DNA of 64,000 bases from contig CP128817.1 in NCBI GenBank assembly GCA_051546255.1, positions 434,001-498,000 on the forward strand. The letters are read 5' to 3'. A program made the translations under genes and the position numbers. Of this stretch, positions 29,819 through 39,923 are shown piece after piece; within the stretch, counting starts at the first letter, position 1, and every line of letters begins with the position of its first letter. Origin of the DNA: Meyerozyma guilliermondii (lineage: Eukaryota). Below the pieces are notes generated by a model that did not search any database, was not told the DNA's origin, and saw only the letters and a list, made by a program, of their open reading frames with translations.

Positions 29819-32800
29819 ATGTCTGAGCAAGGCAAAGAAGATGAACAGCTACTCCAGGATGCATCGACGCTTCTTATGTTTGCAAATGTAGCGGCCAAAC
29901 AACTGCACGGTCATGGTGCTCCAACCCAGCAACCGCCTCAATTTCACCAAAAACCAAATCTTCCCCATATAAAAGACCTCATGAACCCAACCGGACCACA
30001 GCATCCACCGTATCAACAAAATGGGGCAATCTATGGCTCAGGACCACTCAGGCTGCCTCCTCTTGTCGGTTCCATGCCGCCTCGACTGTCAGCTACGTCA
30101 CAGATTCCCCAGCTTGGTACTCAGTATAACGGTCCACAAGCCGCCCCACTTACCCGGATGGCGGCTCCTTCCATCATGGGCCAGCCGCCAGCTCATCAAA
30201 TTCATTCTCATCATCAACCACACAGCCATGCACAGCCTTCATCGGGCCCAACACAACACCCTGAAAAAGAAAGGCCCACAAGGCTGCCATATGCAAACAT
30301 AGAGCCCAAACCGCCTTTACTGCCTTCTGTCCAGTTTCAGCGCTATTCTGAAAGCCAGCTGATTCCATCGGTACCACGTAAATCTCCATCTCCACTTGCT
30401 AGCGTTGGACCGATTAAGTCTCCTGGGGCTGTCAAATCCCCAGGCGTTGCCAAGTCTCCAGGAAAGTCTCCTGGACCGGCTAGTGTTGCTTTAGCGAGGG
30501 GAATCAACTTGGCTTCTGGGGAGAGAAACAACGACAACGCACACTTGGCCGCTGCTGCACTTGCGGCTGCTGCAGATATGCCACTTCCTTTGCGTAGGGA
30601 TTCTTTGAAAAAGGAGAATTCAGAAGAATCACCGACGCAGACTCACCTCAAACCAGCTTTAGAAACGGAAGAAGACTCGGAAAAGACAGAAGATGAACTG
30701 TCCAGAGCACTGATTCCTCCCAAAGACCCCACAGAATCTAAAAAGTCAAATGAGGCACCAGGAAAAGCCCTGTTCTCATTTACTGTGCCTCCATTAGATC
30801 AATACCGAGTGGATCCAGACGCTGGCGTCATAGGATGCATTTGTGGTATAGAGGACGACGATGGGTTTACCGTGCAATGTGATATATGCTTCAGATGGCA
30901 GCATTGCATTTGTATGGGCTTTTATTCCAGTGACGAGATCCCAGAAGATGAGTACAAGTGCTATTTCTGTGACACCTCCAAGTGGGGCAAAATGGATCCA
31001 GCTACTTGTCGCGAGGAGACCATAAGGCGCTTAGAAGCAGAACAAGATGACGAAAACGTGAAAGATGGCGAGAAGCCCAAGCGTAAACAATCGTCAGATA
31101 GTGCCGATACTTCTAAACGACGGAAAACAGAAAAGGGGAAGGTCGATGGCCTCAAATCAGCTGATAGAAGAAAGCAATCTCGAGAAAACAGCTCGTCATC
31201 ACTCTACGTTGTAAAACCTGAACCAAAGCCGGTTTTCGTTAGCGAGGACAATGACCAAGTAAGTGAAGGCAATCATGCTGAACCTTATCAATCTGTCTAT
31301 TATAAGTTGAAGGCTAATGATTTCAAAACCCCACACATCAAGGAATTGCTTAGCTCTTTTGGTACAGGTTTAAGTGAAAAACTGCAGACTGATAGTCCTC
31401 GCATTGTATCACTTCAAGAGTTCAAAAATTTGAAGTTGGCTAGAATCCTTGGAACCAAGAATAACCGTGAACCTGTTATTGGAAATCCTGAATATGTGGT
31501 TCAAGTTAAGTGTTATTCCGAGAATGCAAAGCAAAAATTCAATGGAATTACAAGAATGGGTCTCTACATATCTCATTCTGACTTTATGCTGCACGACGAA
31601 GATAGTGTCAGTACTGATGCCACAGAATCAAAAGATGTAATGAGCATTGAAATCCCTGAAGGGACTCCAGTCATTGAATATCTTGGCGAAATTGACAAGT
31701 TTGATAATTACAAAAAAGACCTGGTGAACCAGTATGCATTATGGGGCTCACCGAAGCCAAATGTGATTAGAGTCAAAATTCAAAATGATAATGAGAGTCC
31801 CTTGGATCTTGTTCTTGATGCTAGGTTTGTGGGAAATGAAGCAAGATTTATACGGAAATCATGTCCTACCACAAGTAATTGCAAAGTTGTTCCTATGTAT
31901 GTGAAGGACTCCAACACGTTTAGGTTCATTGTGGTTACAACGAAACCCATTCAATTAAACCTGGAATCGCCAGACGAAGAGTTACGTTTGGATTGGGAGT
32001 GGGACGAGACTCACCCTATCCGGAAAATGTATGGTGATGCATTGCATTCTAACACGGGAGTGAAATTTGATCAGTTTAGTGACGTTGAAAAATCGGTATT
32101 GATATCTGGTGTCGACAACATTTTAAACTTTGTTGAATGTGGCTGTTCAAGCTCTTTGGTCAATGAACATCATAATGCTAATAATGATTGTGCCATTTTC
32201 AAAGTTAAAAAAGCAACTTCATATCTCCTTCGTTCAACGAGAAAGGCATCTGGTATTAGCAATGTTAACATTACAAAGTCGAAGGATGAGCTCATTCCAA
32301 GACAGCCTCGAGAGTTCGTTTCGTGGGAACAAAAATTGATAGAGAGAGAAAAGGGTATAAGAATGGAGTTGCGTATAACAACTAAAGATGGAAGTTTGAC
32401 TGCTGAAGACACTCTGGATCCAAAAGATTATGACGACAGCATTACCAGTCAGTCGAATGACGATAACGTGTCGGAGCTATCATACAAGCAGCAGCTCATG
32501 AAAAAAGCGAGAACAGCACCTAAACTGGCAGAAGTGAAGCAATCCAAAACTGATGTGGAAAAAGTAGATATTTCCCAGCTTCCTATACCTGTTTCGCAAA
32601 ATCTTAAGGCCAAGGTTGCTGAAACCATCACTAAGAAAACAGAAGGGGCTGAGATCTCTAGTGCTAGACCCCAACCTGCTGCCAAGCAGGAGATTATCGC
32701 AGAGGTTCCACTTGCTACTAAAGCTGAAGAGCCTGTCATACCTTTAGCCGAGGAAGCTCCCAAGGCAATACAAGAAGAGCGACCAGCACCCAAGGTGAAG

Positions 32801-32839
32801 AAGCTTTCTTTTGCAGATTACAAAAAGAAAATGAAATAG
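29819..32839 (+). CDS. SET3: PHD + SET domain protein of the Set3/Set4 family
   Basis: LLQDASTLLMFAN, ALAAAADMPLPL, PHD IGCICGIEDDDGFTVQCDICFRWQHCIC, SET-like VIEYLGEID...DARFVGNEARFIRKSC and terminal KKLSFADYKKK. First ATG is at 29819. Confidence 0.92.
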   Translation: MSEQGKEDEQLLQDASTLLMFANVAAKQLHGHGAPTQQPPQFHQKPNLPHIKDLMNPTGPQHPPYQQNGAIYGSGPLRLPPLVGSMPPRLSATSQIPQLGTQYNGPQAAPLTRMAAPSIMGQPPAHQIHSHHQPHSHAQPSSGPTQHPEKERPTRLPYANIEPKPPLLPSVQFQRYSESQLIPSVPRKSPSPLASVGPIKSPGAVKSPGVAKSPGKSPGPASVALARGINLASGERNNDNAHLAAAALAAAADMPLPLRRDSLKKENSEESPTQTHLKPALETEEDSEKTEDELSRALIPPKDPTESKKSNEAPGKALFSFTVPPLDQYRVDPDAGVIGCICGIEDDDGFTVQCDICFRWQHCICMGFYSSDEIPEDEYKCYFCDTSKWGKMDPATCREETIRRLEAEQDDENVKDGEKPKRKQSSDSADTSKRRKTEKGKVDGLKSADRRKQSRENSSSSLYVVKPEPKPVFVSEDNDQVSEGNHAEPYQSVYYKLKANDFKTPHIKELLSSFGTGLSEKLQTDSPRIVSLQEFKNLKLARILGTKNNREPVIGNPEYVVQVKCYSENAKQKFNGITRMGLYISHSDFMLHDEDSVSTDATESKDVMSIEIPEGTPVIEYLGEIDKFDNYKKDLVNQYALWGSPKPNVIRVKIQNDNESPLDLVLDARFVGNEARFIRKSCPTTSNCKVVPMYVKDSNTFRFIVVTTKPIQLNLESPDEELRLDWEWDETHPIRKMYGDALHSNTGVKFDQFSDVEKSVLISGVDNILNFVECGCSSSLVNEHHNANNDCAIFKVKKATSYLLRSTRKASGISNVNITKSKDELIPRQPREFVSWEQKLIEREKGIRMELRITTKDGSLTAEDTLDPKDYDDSITSQSNDDNVSELSYKQQLMKKARTAPKLAEVKQSKTDVEKVDISQLPIPVSQNLKAKVAETITKKTEGAEISSARPQPAAKQEIIAEVPLATKAEEPVIPLAEEAPKAIQEERPAPKVKKLSFADYKKKMK

Positions 32840-32901
32840 TTAGGTAGCTAGATATCCGAAAATCGATCGCTTATTTAAAGTCTCGCACCAAGTGCGAAAT
32901 T

Positions 32902-33912
32902 ATGGAATTTTGGAGACTACCAACCGATATACTAGATAATGTTTTCCTGAGGTTGACAGTGGATGAAATAGACAATTTACTTCTATTGTTCGACTATGAA
33001 ATCAAGAATGAGATTTGGAGACGCTTACGGGCCGCAAGGTACTCAACGATCATAGTTTGCAACATGCTGAAACATCAATTACGGAACTTGAAAGAACCCG
33101 ACTTGAACAATATTCTTGACTATTCGACTATACTATCCACCCTTGAGTTTGAGTCATTATTCATGGAAACCAATAATAAGGAAACACTTGTTCCTAGACG
33201 AATATACTATATTCTTGATTCACAAGGAGAGCGAGAACCTATTCATAAGAGCATCAGGAAGTTGTGTAAAATCATTAAAGGCGGGTTGTGTGGTTTATGT
33301 GAGGTATCAAGCAAGATGTATCTTTTCCTTGACCCACTGCCACAAATGACACTTATTGAAGAATATCTGGACCTTCAAAAATTGAACACTATATTTATCA
33401 ACTTCATTCTCGGCCATTTTACTGAACTAAGAAGAATGGTAACTTTGCATGTATCCAGTGGCATTTTCTTTAATGACTCCCAACGAATAAATTTCGACTA
33501 TTTATCAAATTTGAATGTCTCCGAACTTGTACTTACACACCTACAATTGAGTGATATTGATGAATTGGTGATACCATGGACTACGCGAAAGCTCAATTTA
33601 TCAAACAACAGACTTAGAAGCACAGAAAACATTCAGTTCCCTCAGAGTCTAAAAATACTTGATCTTTCACACAATGCACTTACAGCCATATCAGGCTTAA
33701 GTCCAGAACTTGAAACTTGCGATTTGAGTTTTAATCACCTAGACAATTCAATTTTCAGGAATCTCCCTACGAGCGTAAAATCGCTAAACTTGTCATATAA
33801 CAAGGTTACCATGCTTGATGCTGGCGCTCTTTCTCATCTTGACTACTTGAACATTAAGGGTTGTGACATTTCAATTGCGACATCATATAGCAACACCATA
33901 ATCGATAGCTGA
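32902..33912 (+). CDS. Putative F-box / leucine-rich-repeat protein
   Basis: N-terminal F-box-like LPTDILDNVFLRL and C-terminal LRRs LNLSNNRL, LDLSHNAL, CDLSFNHL and LNLSYNKV. Confidence 0.7.
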   Translation: MEFWRLPTDILDNVFLRLTVDEIDNLLLLFDYEIKNEIWRRLRAARYSTIIVCNMLKHQLRNLKEPDLNNILDYSTILSTLEFESLFMETNNKETLVPRRIYYILDSQGEREPIHKSIRKLCKIIKGGLCGLCEVSSKMYLFLDPLPQMTLIEEYLDLQKLNTIFINFILGHFTELRRMVTLHVSSGIFFNDSQRINFDYLSNLNVSELVLTHLQLSDIDELVIPWTTRKLNLSNNRLRSTENIQFPQSLKILDLSHNALTAISGLSPELETCDLSFNHLDNSIFRNLPTSVKSLNLSYNKVTMLDAGALSHLDYLNIKGCDISIATSYSNTIIDS

Positions 33913-33967
33913 AGCGGACCAAAATAATCAAACCATACCTTAGATTATATGTTACTAATTACTTGTA

Positions 33968-36900
33968 TTAATTGCTTTCCTTTCTGGTAAAGTCTTGCTC
34001 CGTGATGTTAGACCGCTTGCACATTTGTTGGAAGATACTATCTTCCAGGTTGAACAAGTTCCATGGAGTGTCGAACTCTCTGACCTCTCCCTTATCCAAC
34101 ACAAGGATCTTATCATAATCAATGATTGTTTTGAGTCTGTGAGCAATACACAAAATGGTGCACTGAGAAAACTCTCTAACAATCGTAGCTTGAATTTTGC
34201 TGTCCGTCTCGTAATCAACTGATGAGGTAGCCTCATCAAGAATTAAGATTTTTGAGTCTCTCACGAGAGCACGGCCAAAGGCAATCAACTGCCTTTCTCC
34301 TAACGAGAAGTTGGAACCTTCATCTTCCACTCCCTGGTCAAGATGAAATTTGTGCAATGTAGGCAGATCCTTGTCCTGTTCCTTGACAGCTTCCAATTTG
34401 GAACCCTCGATCAATCCAGATCTTCTGAGAGCATCCCAAAGCTTGTTATCGTCATAATCTCCGAATGGATCGAGGTTCTTCCTGATTGTGCCTCTGAATA
34501 AAACAGGGTCTTGAGGAATGATAGATAACTTTGATCTCAAATCCTGCAAGCCCAATGTCGATATATCAATACCGTCAATAATGATCTTACCGCTTTGGAG
34601 CTCAGAGAGACGGTACAAAGCAGTCATGATACTAGACTTTCCAGCACCTGTTCTACCACAAATACCTATTTTCTCCATAGGCTTGACATCAAAACTAACA
34701 TCTCTTAAAACCAATGGGAGCTCAGGACGATATGAAAGGTTGACCTTGTCAAATGAAACAACACCTTGTTGTGGCCATTCCTTTGGCGGAGTGTTCTCAG
34801 TAATTAAATATGGAGCTTCCTCTGGAATTTTGAATGCGTACTCACACAAACGTTCCACTCCGTTCATTTCGTTTTCAACTTGAGTATAAGTACGAATCAA
34901 CATCGATAATTGGCCAGCAATCTGGAAAACGTAAGAGGTCAACAAACCAACAGATGCTGCGCTGATACTGAAGACCCTGAATACACACAACAATGCAATG
35001 ATCAACGCAAAGACACATGCCAAAATGTCCAAATGAATAGCAAGCCAACGCTGGTTCGCAATATTGATGAAGTACGCTTCATTTGTGTTATTCAAGAAAG
35101 TGTTATTCTTGTTCAAAAACCGGTTTGCAGCTTTGAAAGCCTTGATTGTCGCCATTCCACTCAATGTTTCGTTGAAATTGTTGTAAACAAATGACCGTTT
35201 GACAGCTTCTAGACGCTTGATTTCACGAGCAGATGCCTGATAATAGTTTGCCATAGCCACAAAAATGAAACCCAAGAAAGGTACGGCAATTGCGAACCAA
35301 GGCAAATAACAAATACAAAGAATGATGACACCGACAATGTTAGCAAAAGTGAAGAGCAAGAATCTCATTTGGTCACCAATTTCATTGTCCAACACATCTG
35401 TGTCCTTTGTAAATCTGTTCAATATACGTCCCATAGGAGTGGTGTCCATAAATGACATGGGTGCATGTAATATCCTTTTGACTGCCATTATGTTCAATTT
35501 CACAGAAGCCGTATTGGTCATATAAACCAAGAAAACAAATTCAGTGGTAAGCATCACGAAGGAAAGGAAAGTGAACATAATGTATAATCCAATGTAGAAA
35601 GCGTCATTTCTTCCATCGAAACGATGTTCAGTCCAAAATGAAAGCCACGTATTGGTGAAAATCTGACAGAAAGTCGCTAACACACATGTCAAAAAGACAA
35701 TCGGAACAATACCATAGTTCTTGAAAACACCACTGCCATATTTGGCATAATTCTTGTATACTTCGAAGGAAATTTGATTTTCGGCTTTTTCTTCGTCCAT
35801 GAAAAGCTTTCCATCACCAGTCTTATCCTTGTTATAATCTCTGTGAAGTGCTTCCTCGTCAATTTCATTTGTTTTGATCGATGAACGTTTCGAAATTTGA
35901 CGCTGGATCATCTCTCTTTCCAATTCGCGTTCTTCATCTTCTTCGTATTTCTCGTACGCCAAACTTCTCACTTCATTGTCGTCTGCGTCTTCGATCAATT
36001 CACTGGAATCATCCTTGCTAGATTGTGAATCGCTGTTAAAAGCCATTAACTTTTGAAAACCGGCATTACTCGAGCTCAATTCTTCAAATGTTCCAATCTC
36101 AATGGAGCCATCACCATTCAAGAACACGACCCTATCGGCATTACCAATCAAAGATAACTGGTGAGTTGCCAAAATTCTGGTCTTATCACCAAGCATACGT
36201 GAAAAACAATTTTCCATAATATGCTTACCAACTCTTGCGTCGACAGCAGACAAAACGTCGTCCATTAAAATGATGTCTTTGTTCGCATAGACGGCTCTGG
36301 CAAGATTGATTCTGGCTTTTTGACCACCAGAAAGGGTAATACCTCTTTCTCCAATTTCAGTTCTGTCTCCAGCAGGAAGAATATCCAAGTCGCTCTCTAA
36401 AGAACATGAATACACAACGTCTTTGTACCTCTCTTCGTTGAATTCATTACCAAACAAGATATTCTCCTTGACTGTCGCATTTTGAACCCAAGGATATCCA
36501 CAAAGTAAAAGCGACCCGTTGACGGCGAGCGTACCCTCTGACTTCTTCATGAATCCAGCCAAAGCGCTCAACAAGGAAGATTTACCAGAACCAATGAGAC
36601 CTGTAATAACCACGAACTCTCCCTTCTTGACCGTCAAGTTTATATTCTTGAGTCCCACAAAGGACTTCTCCTCCAAGGTGCTAGAATCATCATCGGACGT
36701 CTTACCTTCGGATTTATCGTCACCCTTGATTTTTTCTTGAGTTGAATCCTCTTTACTGGCTTCGCCAGCTTTGTCTTTCTTTTTGTCCTCTTCCTCATTA
36801 TCCTGTTCAAAAGTTTCCCACTCAAAATGACCATTTTGAACGCGGATTGCATCGTTGGCTTCAATCATATGATTCAAATTGTCACCCTCGGCTTCAATTT

Positions 36901-38269
36901 TAGTATCTTTGTGGTCAATCTCACCCGCATCCATGAACGCTCCGACACGAGTGATTCCGATGTAAGCATCAACACCACTATTTAAAGCCATTGGAAGCAT
37001 GATAACTTGTTGAGTCAAGACATTGAACAATGATACAGAGGAGAAAATTGCTGCGGGGTCTCTGCTCTTACTCTTCACTGCGTAAAGTACCAAGAAACAC
37101 ACCATGGATGCAAATAAGGTCAATGACATAGCAAAAGCTGTCACAATGTTACGCAAGACTTGCATGCTGTAGATGATTTTCATTTCTTTTCTTCTCACTT
37201 CTGTAATACCGTCGTGGTATGGAGGTTCCCAGGAATAAAACTTTATGATTTTAAGGTTATTCAACACCTCTTTGATGTAATCAACTCTTCTGTCTGTGAA
37301 AGCATTGGCTTTTGCACGGTATTTGAAAAGCTTTACGGTACTCAACGTAATAGCGATCATAAAAATGAACAACAAAGCAACACCAATCAAGGAAACAGCT
37401 CCAACGTTGATGATTAAGATGGCGATGGCGATAGCAACTGGGATTGGAAAAACAAACAAGAATGGTTGAAAACCAAGGGCAAAATCAATACGAGCCAAGT
37501 CAGTACCCATCATGGAGGTGATCTTACTTGTGGGGTACTTATGTCTGGCTTCTGCATTAAGTCTGAATGACTTATCAAGGAGTGCCTTTGTGAGAACAGC
37601 CTTTGCCTGAGCGCCAGTAAGCATTGATCTGTAGAAGAAGTGATTAATGCAAAGACCCGTAACCAAGATGACGCCAGCAGATCCCAAGGCATAACCAACT
37701 CCCTTTCCAACTCCTGTTTCGTGTCCATAGGCCTTTAATTCAACATACTTGATCAAATGTTTGCTTAGCAATGGGTTACATGTCATACCACCATTTGCCA
37801 ACACCAAGAATATCGAGGCAGTCAAGTACTGCCACCAAAAAGTGTCCAAAAGTGCAAAAATGGGAACTGTCTTGGGAAGTTGGTAATCAGCAAGATCGTC
37901 TTCTGCATCCACCGACGAATTACCCAAATTTTCACCTCTGGCTTTGCATTTCTTTTGTATATGTTTGACACGAGCTTTACTGGAACGAATCTCAAACGAT
38001 TTATAGAATTTGTTGGCCATAGTCTCCACCTTGACATCATCAGGAAGAGTGAACAAATCCTGACTGGTCAATGTTCTTTTATAACCAGCATTCATAACAG
38101 GAAAGAGCCACCAGAAAAATATCTGGGAGATAATGTTGGCTGATTTATGTGGGTATGGTTTACGTTCATCATCAAGCGGTATAGGTGGAACCTTTTTCGA
38201 AAGTACTCGTGATAAGAGACGTTTCTGAGGCCGAACATCAGCTTCGAGCCGCCCTTCAGCGTTACTCAT
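33968..38269 (-). CDS. YOR1: ABCC/MRP-family ABC transporter lacking TMD0 (Yor1-like)
   Basis: TMD-NBD-TMD-NBD topology. Walker A GLIGSGKSS and GRTGAGKSS; signatures LSGGQKARINLARA and FSLGERQL; also MDTTPMGRILNRFTKDTD and LHKFHLDQ. Confidence 0.9.
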   Translation of the reverse strand: MSNAEGRLEADVRPQKRLLSRVLSKKVPPIPLDDERKPYPHKSANIISQIFFWWLFPVMNAGYKRTLTSQDLFTLPDDVKVETMANKFYKSFEIRSSKARVKHIQKKCKARGENLGNSSVDAEDDLADYQLPKTVPIFALLDTFWWQYLTASIFLVLANGGMTCNPLLSKHLIKYVELKAYGHETGVGKGVGYALGSAGVILVTGLCINHFFYRSMLTGAQAKAVLTKALLDKSFRLNAEARHKYPTSKITSMMGTDLARIDFALGFQPFLFVFPIPVAIAIAILIINVGAVSLIGVALLFIFMIAITLSTVKLFKYRAKANAFTDRRVDYIKEVLNNLKIIKFYSWEPPYHDGITEVRRKEMKIIYSMQVLRNIVTAFAMSLTLFASMVCFLVLYAVKSKSRDPAAIFSSVSLFNVLTQQVIMLPMALNSGVDAYIGITRVGAFMDAGEIDHKDTKIEAEGDNLNHMIEANDAIRVQNGHFEWETFEQDNEEEDKKKDKAGEASKEDSTQEKIKGDDKSEGKTSDDDSSTLEEKSFVGLKNINLTVKKGEFVVITGLIGSGKSSLLSALAGFMKKSEGTLAVNGSLLLCGYPWVQNATVKENILFGNEFNEERYKDVVYSCSLESDLDILPAGDRTEIGERGITLSGGQKARINLARAVYANKDIILMDDVLSAVDARVGKHIMENCFSRMLGDKTRILATHQLSLIGNADRVVFLNGDGSIEIGTFEELSSSNAGFQKLMAFNSDSQSSKDDSSELIEDADDNEVRSLAYEKYEEDEERELEREMIQRQISKRSSIKTNEIDEEALHRDYNKDKTGDGKLFMDEEKAENQISFEVYKNYAKYGSGVFKNYGIVPIVFLTCVLATFCQIFTNTWLSFWTEHRFDGRNDAFYIGLYIMFTFLSFVMLTTEFVFLVYMTNTASVKLNIMAVKRILHAPMSFMDTTPMGRILNRFTKDTDVLDNEIGDQMRFLLFTFANIVGVIILCICYLPWFAIAVPFLGFIFVAMANYYQASAREIKRLEAVKRSFVYNNFNETLSGMATIKAFKAANRFLNKNNTFLNNTNEAYFINIANQRWLAIHLDILACVFALIIALLCVFRVFSISAASVGLLTSYVFQIAGQLSMLIRTYTQVENEMNGVERLCEYAFKIPEEAPYLITENTPPKEWPQQGVVSFDKVNLSYRPELPLVLRDVSFDVKPMEKIGICGRTGAGKSSIMTALYRLSELQSGKIIIDGIDISTLGLQDLRSKLSIIPQDPVLFRGTIRKNLDPFGDYDDNKLWDALRRSGLIEGSKLEAVKEQDKDLPTLHKFHLDQGVEDEGSNFSLGERQLIAFGRALVRDSKILILDEATSSVDYETDSKIQATIVREFSQCTILCIAHRLKTIIDYDKILVLDKGEVREFDTPWNLFNLEDSIFQQMCKRSNITEQDFTRKESN

Positions 38270-39923
38270 GATACACTAATATTGGTTTTGATGTGATTAT
38301 AATGAACGAACTTTTCCTTGGATAGCAATGTTCCAAGTTTTTATGAAAATCAAAAGCTGTGTTGCACGGTGATTTTGTAATCGTTTAACAACCAAGATAA
38401 TGACAAATGCAAGTATGCTCTCTTGTTGATAGTATAGATTTAAATTCACGAAATGATACCAAGCTAATAAAATAGCCAGTGATCGAAATATAAAAATTCC
38501 ACTTCAAGAGTCTCAAATACGATGGCAATTCTGATCTTGGGGGCAACTTTGCGCTTATATTCTATGCCATCGCTTCATGAGGCGCCATGACACACGCACG
38601 ATTAGATAAGCGGCTAACAAATTCGAGGAGTTAACGGATGTAAACGGGGCTACATGCCTAATTGGGTGTACAGCCGCGCGTGGGGCGCAGGTTTCGTAAA
38701 CGACAAAAGCGGAATTAGATAGAGCCGAGTCTCCGGCTACAGCCTATCAATATACGTGCATTTGAAATCCATGATTGCTTGACTCTATGTTGTAATTTGT
38801 TTTCCATTGAAGAGATTGCGCCTGCTCTTCGTTGCTTTTCACTATTTTATTTTGCCGTAATGGCCACAGCTCCGAAAGTGGCTGCGAATCCGATTTGCCG
38901 TCACAGGTTATGAGCGGCACATTTACTTTCGGCGCCTCACGAATGCAAAATACAATAGGATCTGCGTTGAGAAGAACGGTGCAAGGCTGCTTTAGTAATC
39001 TCAACGGCTTGACTGACTGAGATGATCGACAAATGGTCAACTTCGGGTCCCCTAAATAATCAGCACAATTCTTCCATGGCTTGGCTTGGGTAATTGCAAA
39101 TAGATTTGTGTGTTCTAGATTCCAGAATGACGCCGTACGTCGATAAGCGATCATGAAATTTGCAGACTACTCCGTTGATAATTCCGCCAATGACTCATTA
39201 TGCGGCCATAATACGGAGCCGAACGAAATTGCCACCAATTGTCACCAATGGCCACCTATCGCCACCACATGCTTATCTGATGACACAAGTTTGAAACAAT
39301 CGAGCGATAAGTTCATGGCTGAGATATGGGAATTTTTGTGGATTCAATCGATTTGGGTTGGTATGGCATCGTCCAGCGAAATACCTTCGGTCATGCCAAA
39401 TTGAATGCTACGCTCTTCTATTATGGCCTATTGTTGCTTTTAAACTATAAGAGAGTGCAAATACATTAATCAGGATGTTCTTGTTTAAGAGTATCTATGA
39501 GATTTATTCTTAGTCATTTTCGATTGCTAATTATGGAACTTGTTTTGCATCTCACAAAATATGGTGAAAAAGACAAAACTTTTGGAGTATGTGGTTAAAA
39601 TGGAATAAACGAAGTAAGACTACAATTTGCTGCTACACAACTAATGCAATTCTGCTCCACATGCAAAACTTTGGCTCTTGCTCTTTACCCCATATGCGAT
39701 TATAGTACAGTTTTAAGTTTAAGCGCAAGGAAACGCCCGCCCGTTGATGGCAATTACGAGAATTACATTTCACCAAACCGGGAACAAAGTTACTTTACGC
39801 AAGCGGCGCACTCTATTGCCGCGAAGGTAGCAGTAGAGAATACTGAGAAAGTCAACCATTGCATTCCATATCATATCAAAATCTATTATCACAATCTATT
39901 TCAATCTATTGCAATCTTCCATC

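Noticed and set aside
38747..39404. Short ORFs (135, 62 and 83 aa) upstream of YOR1
   Set aside because: No domain-like features or codon bias; overlapping on both strands; consistent with random ORFs.
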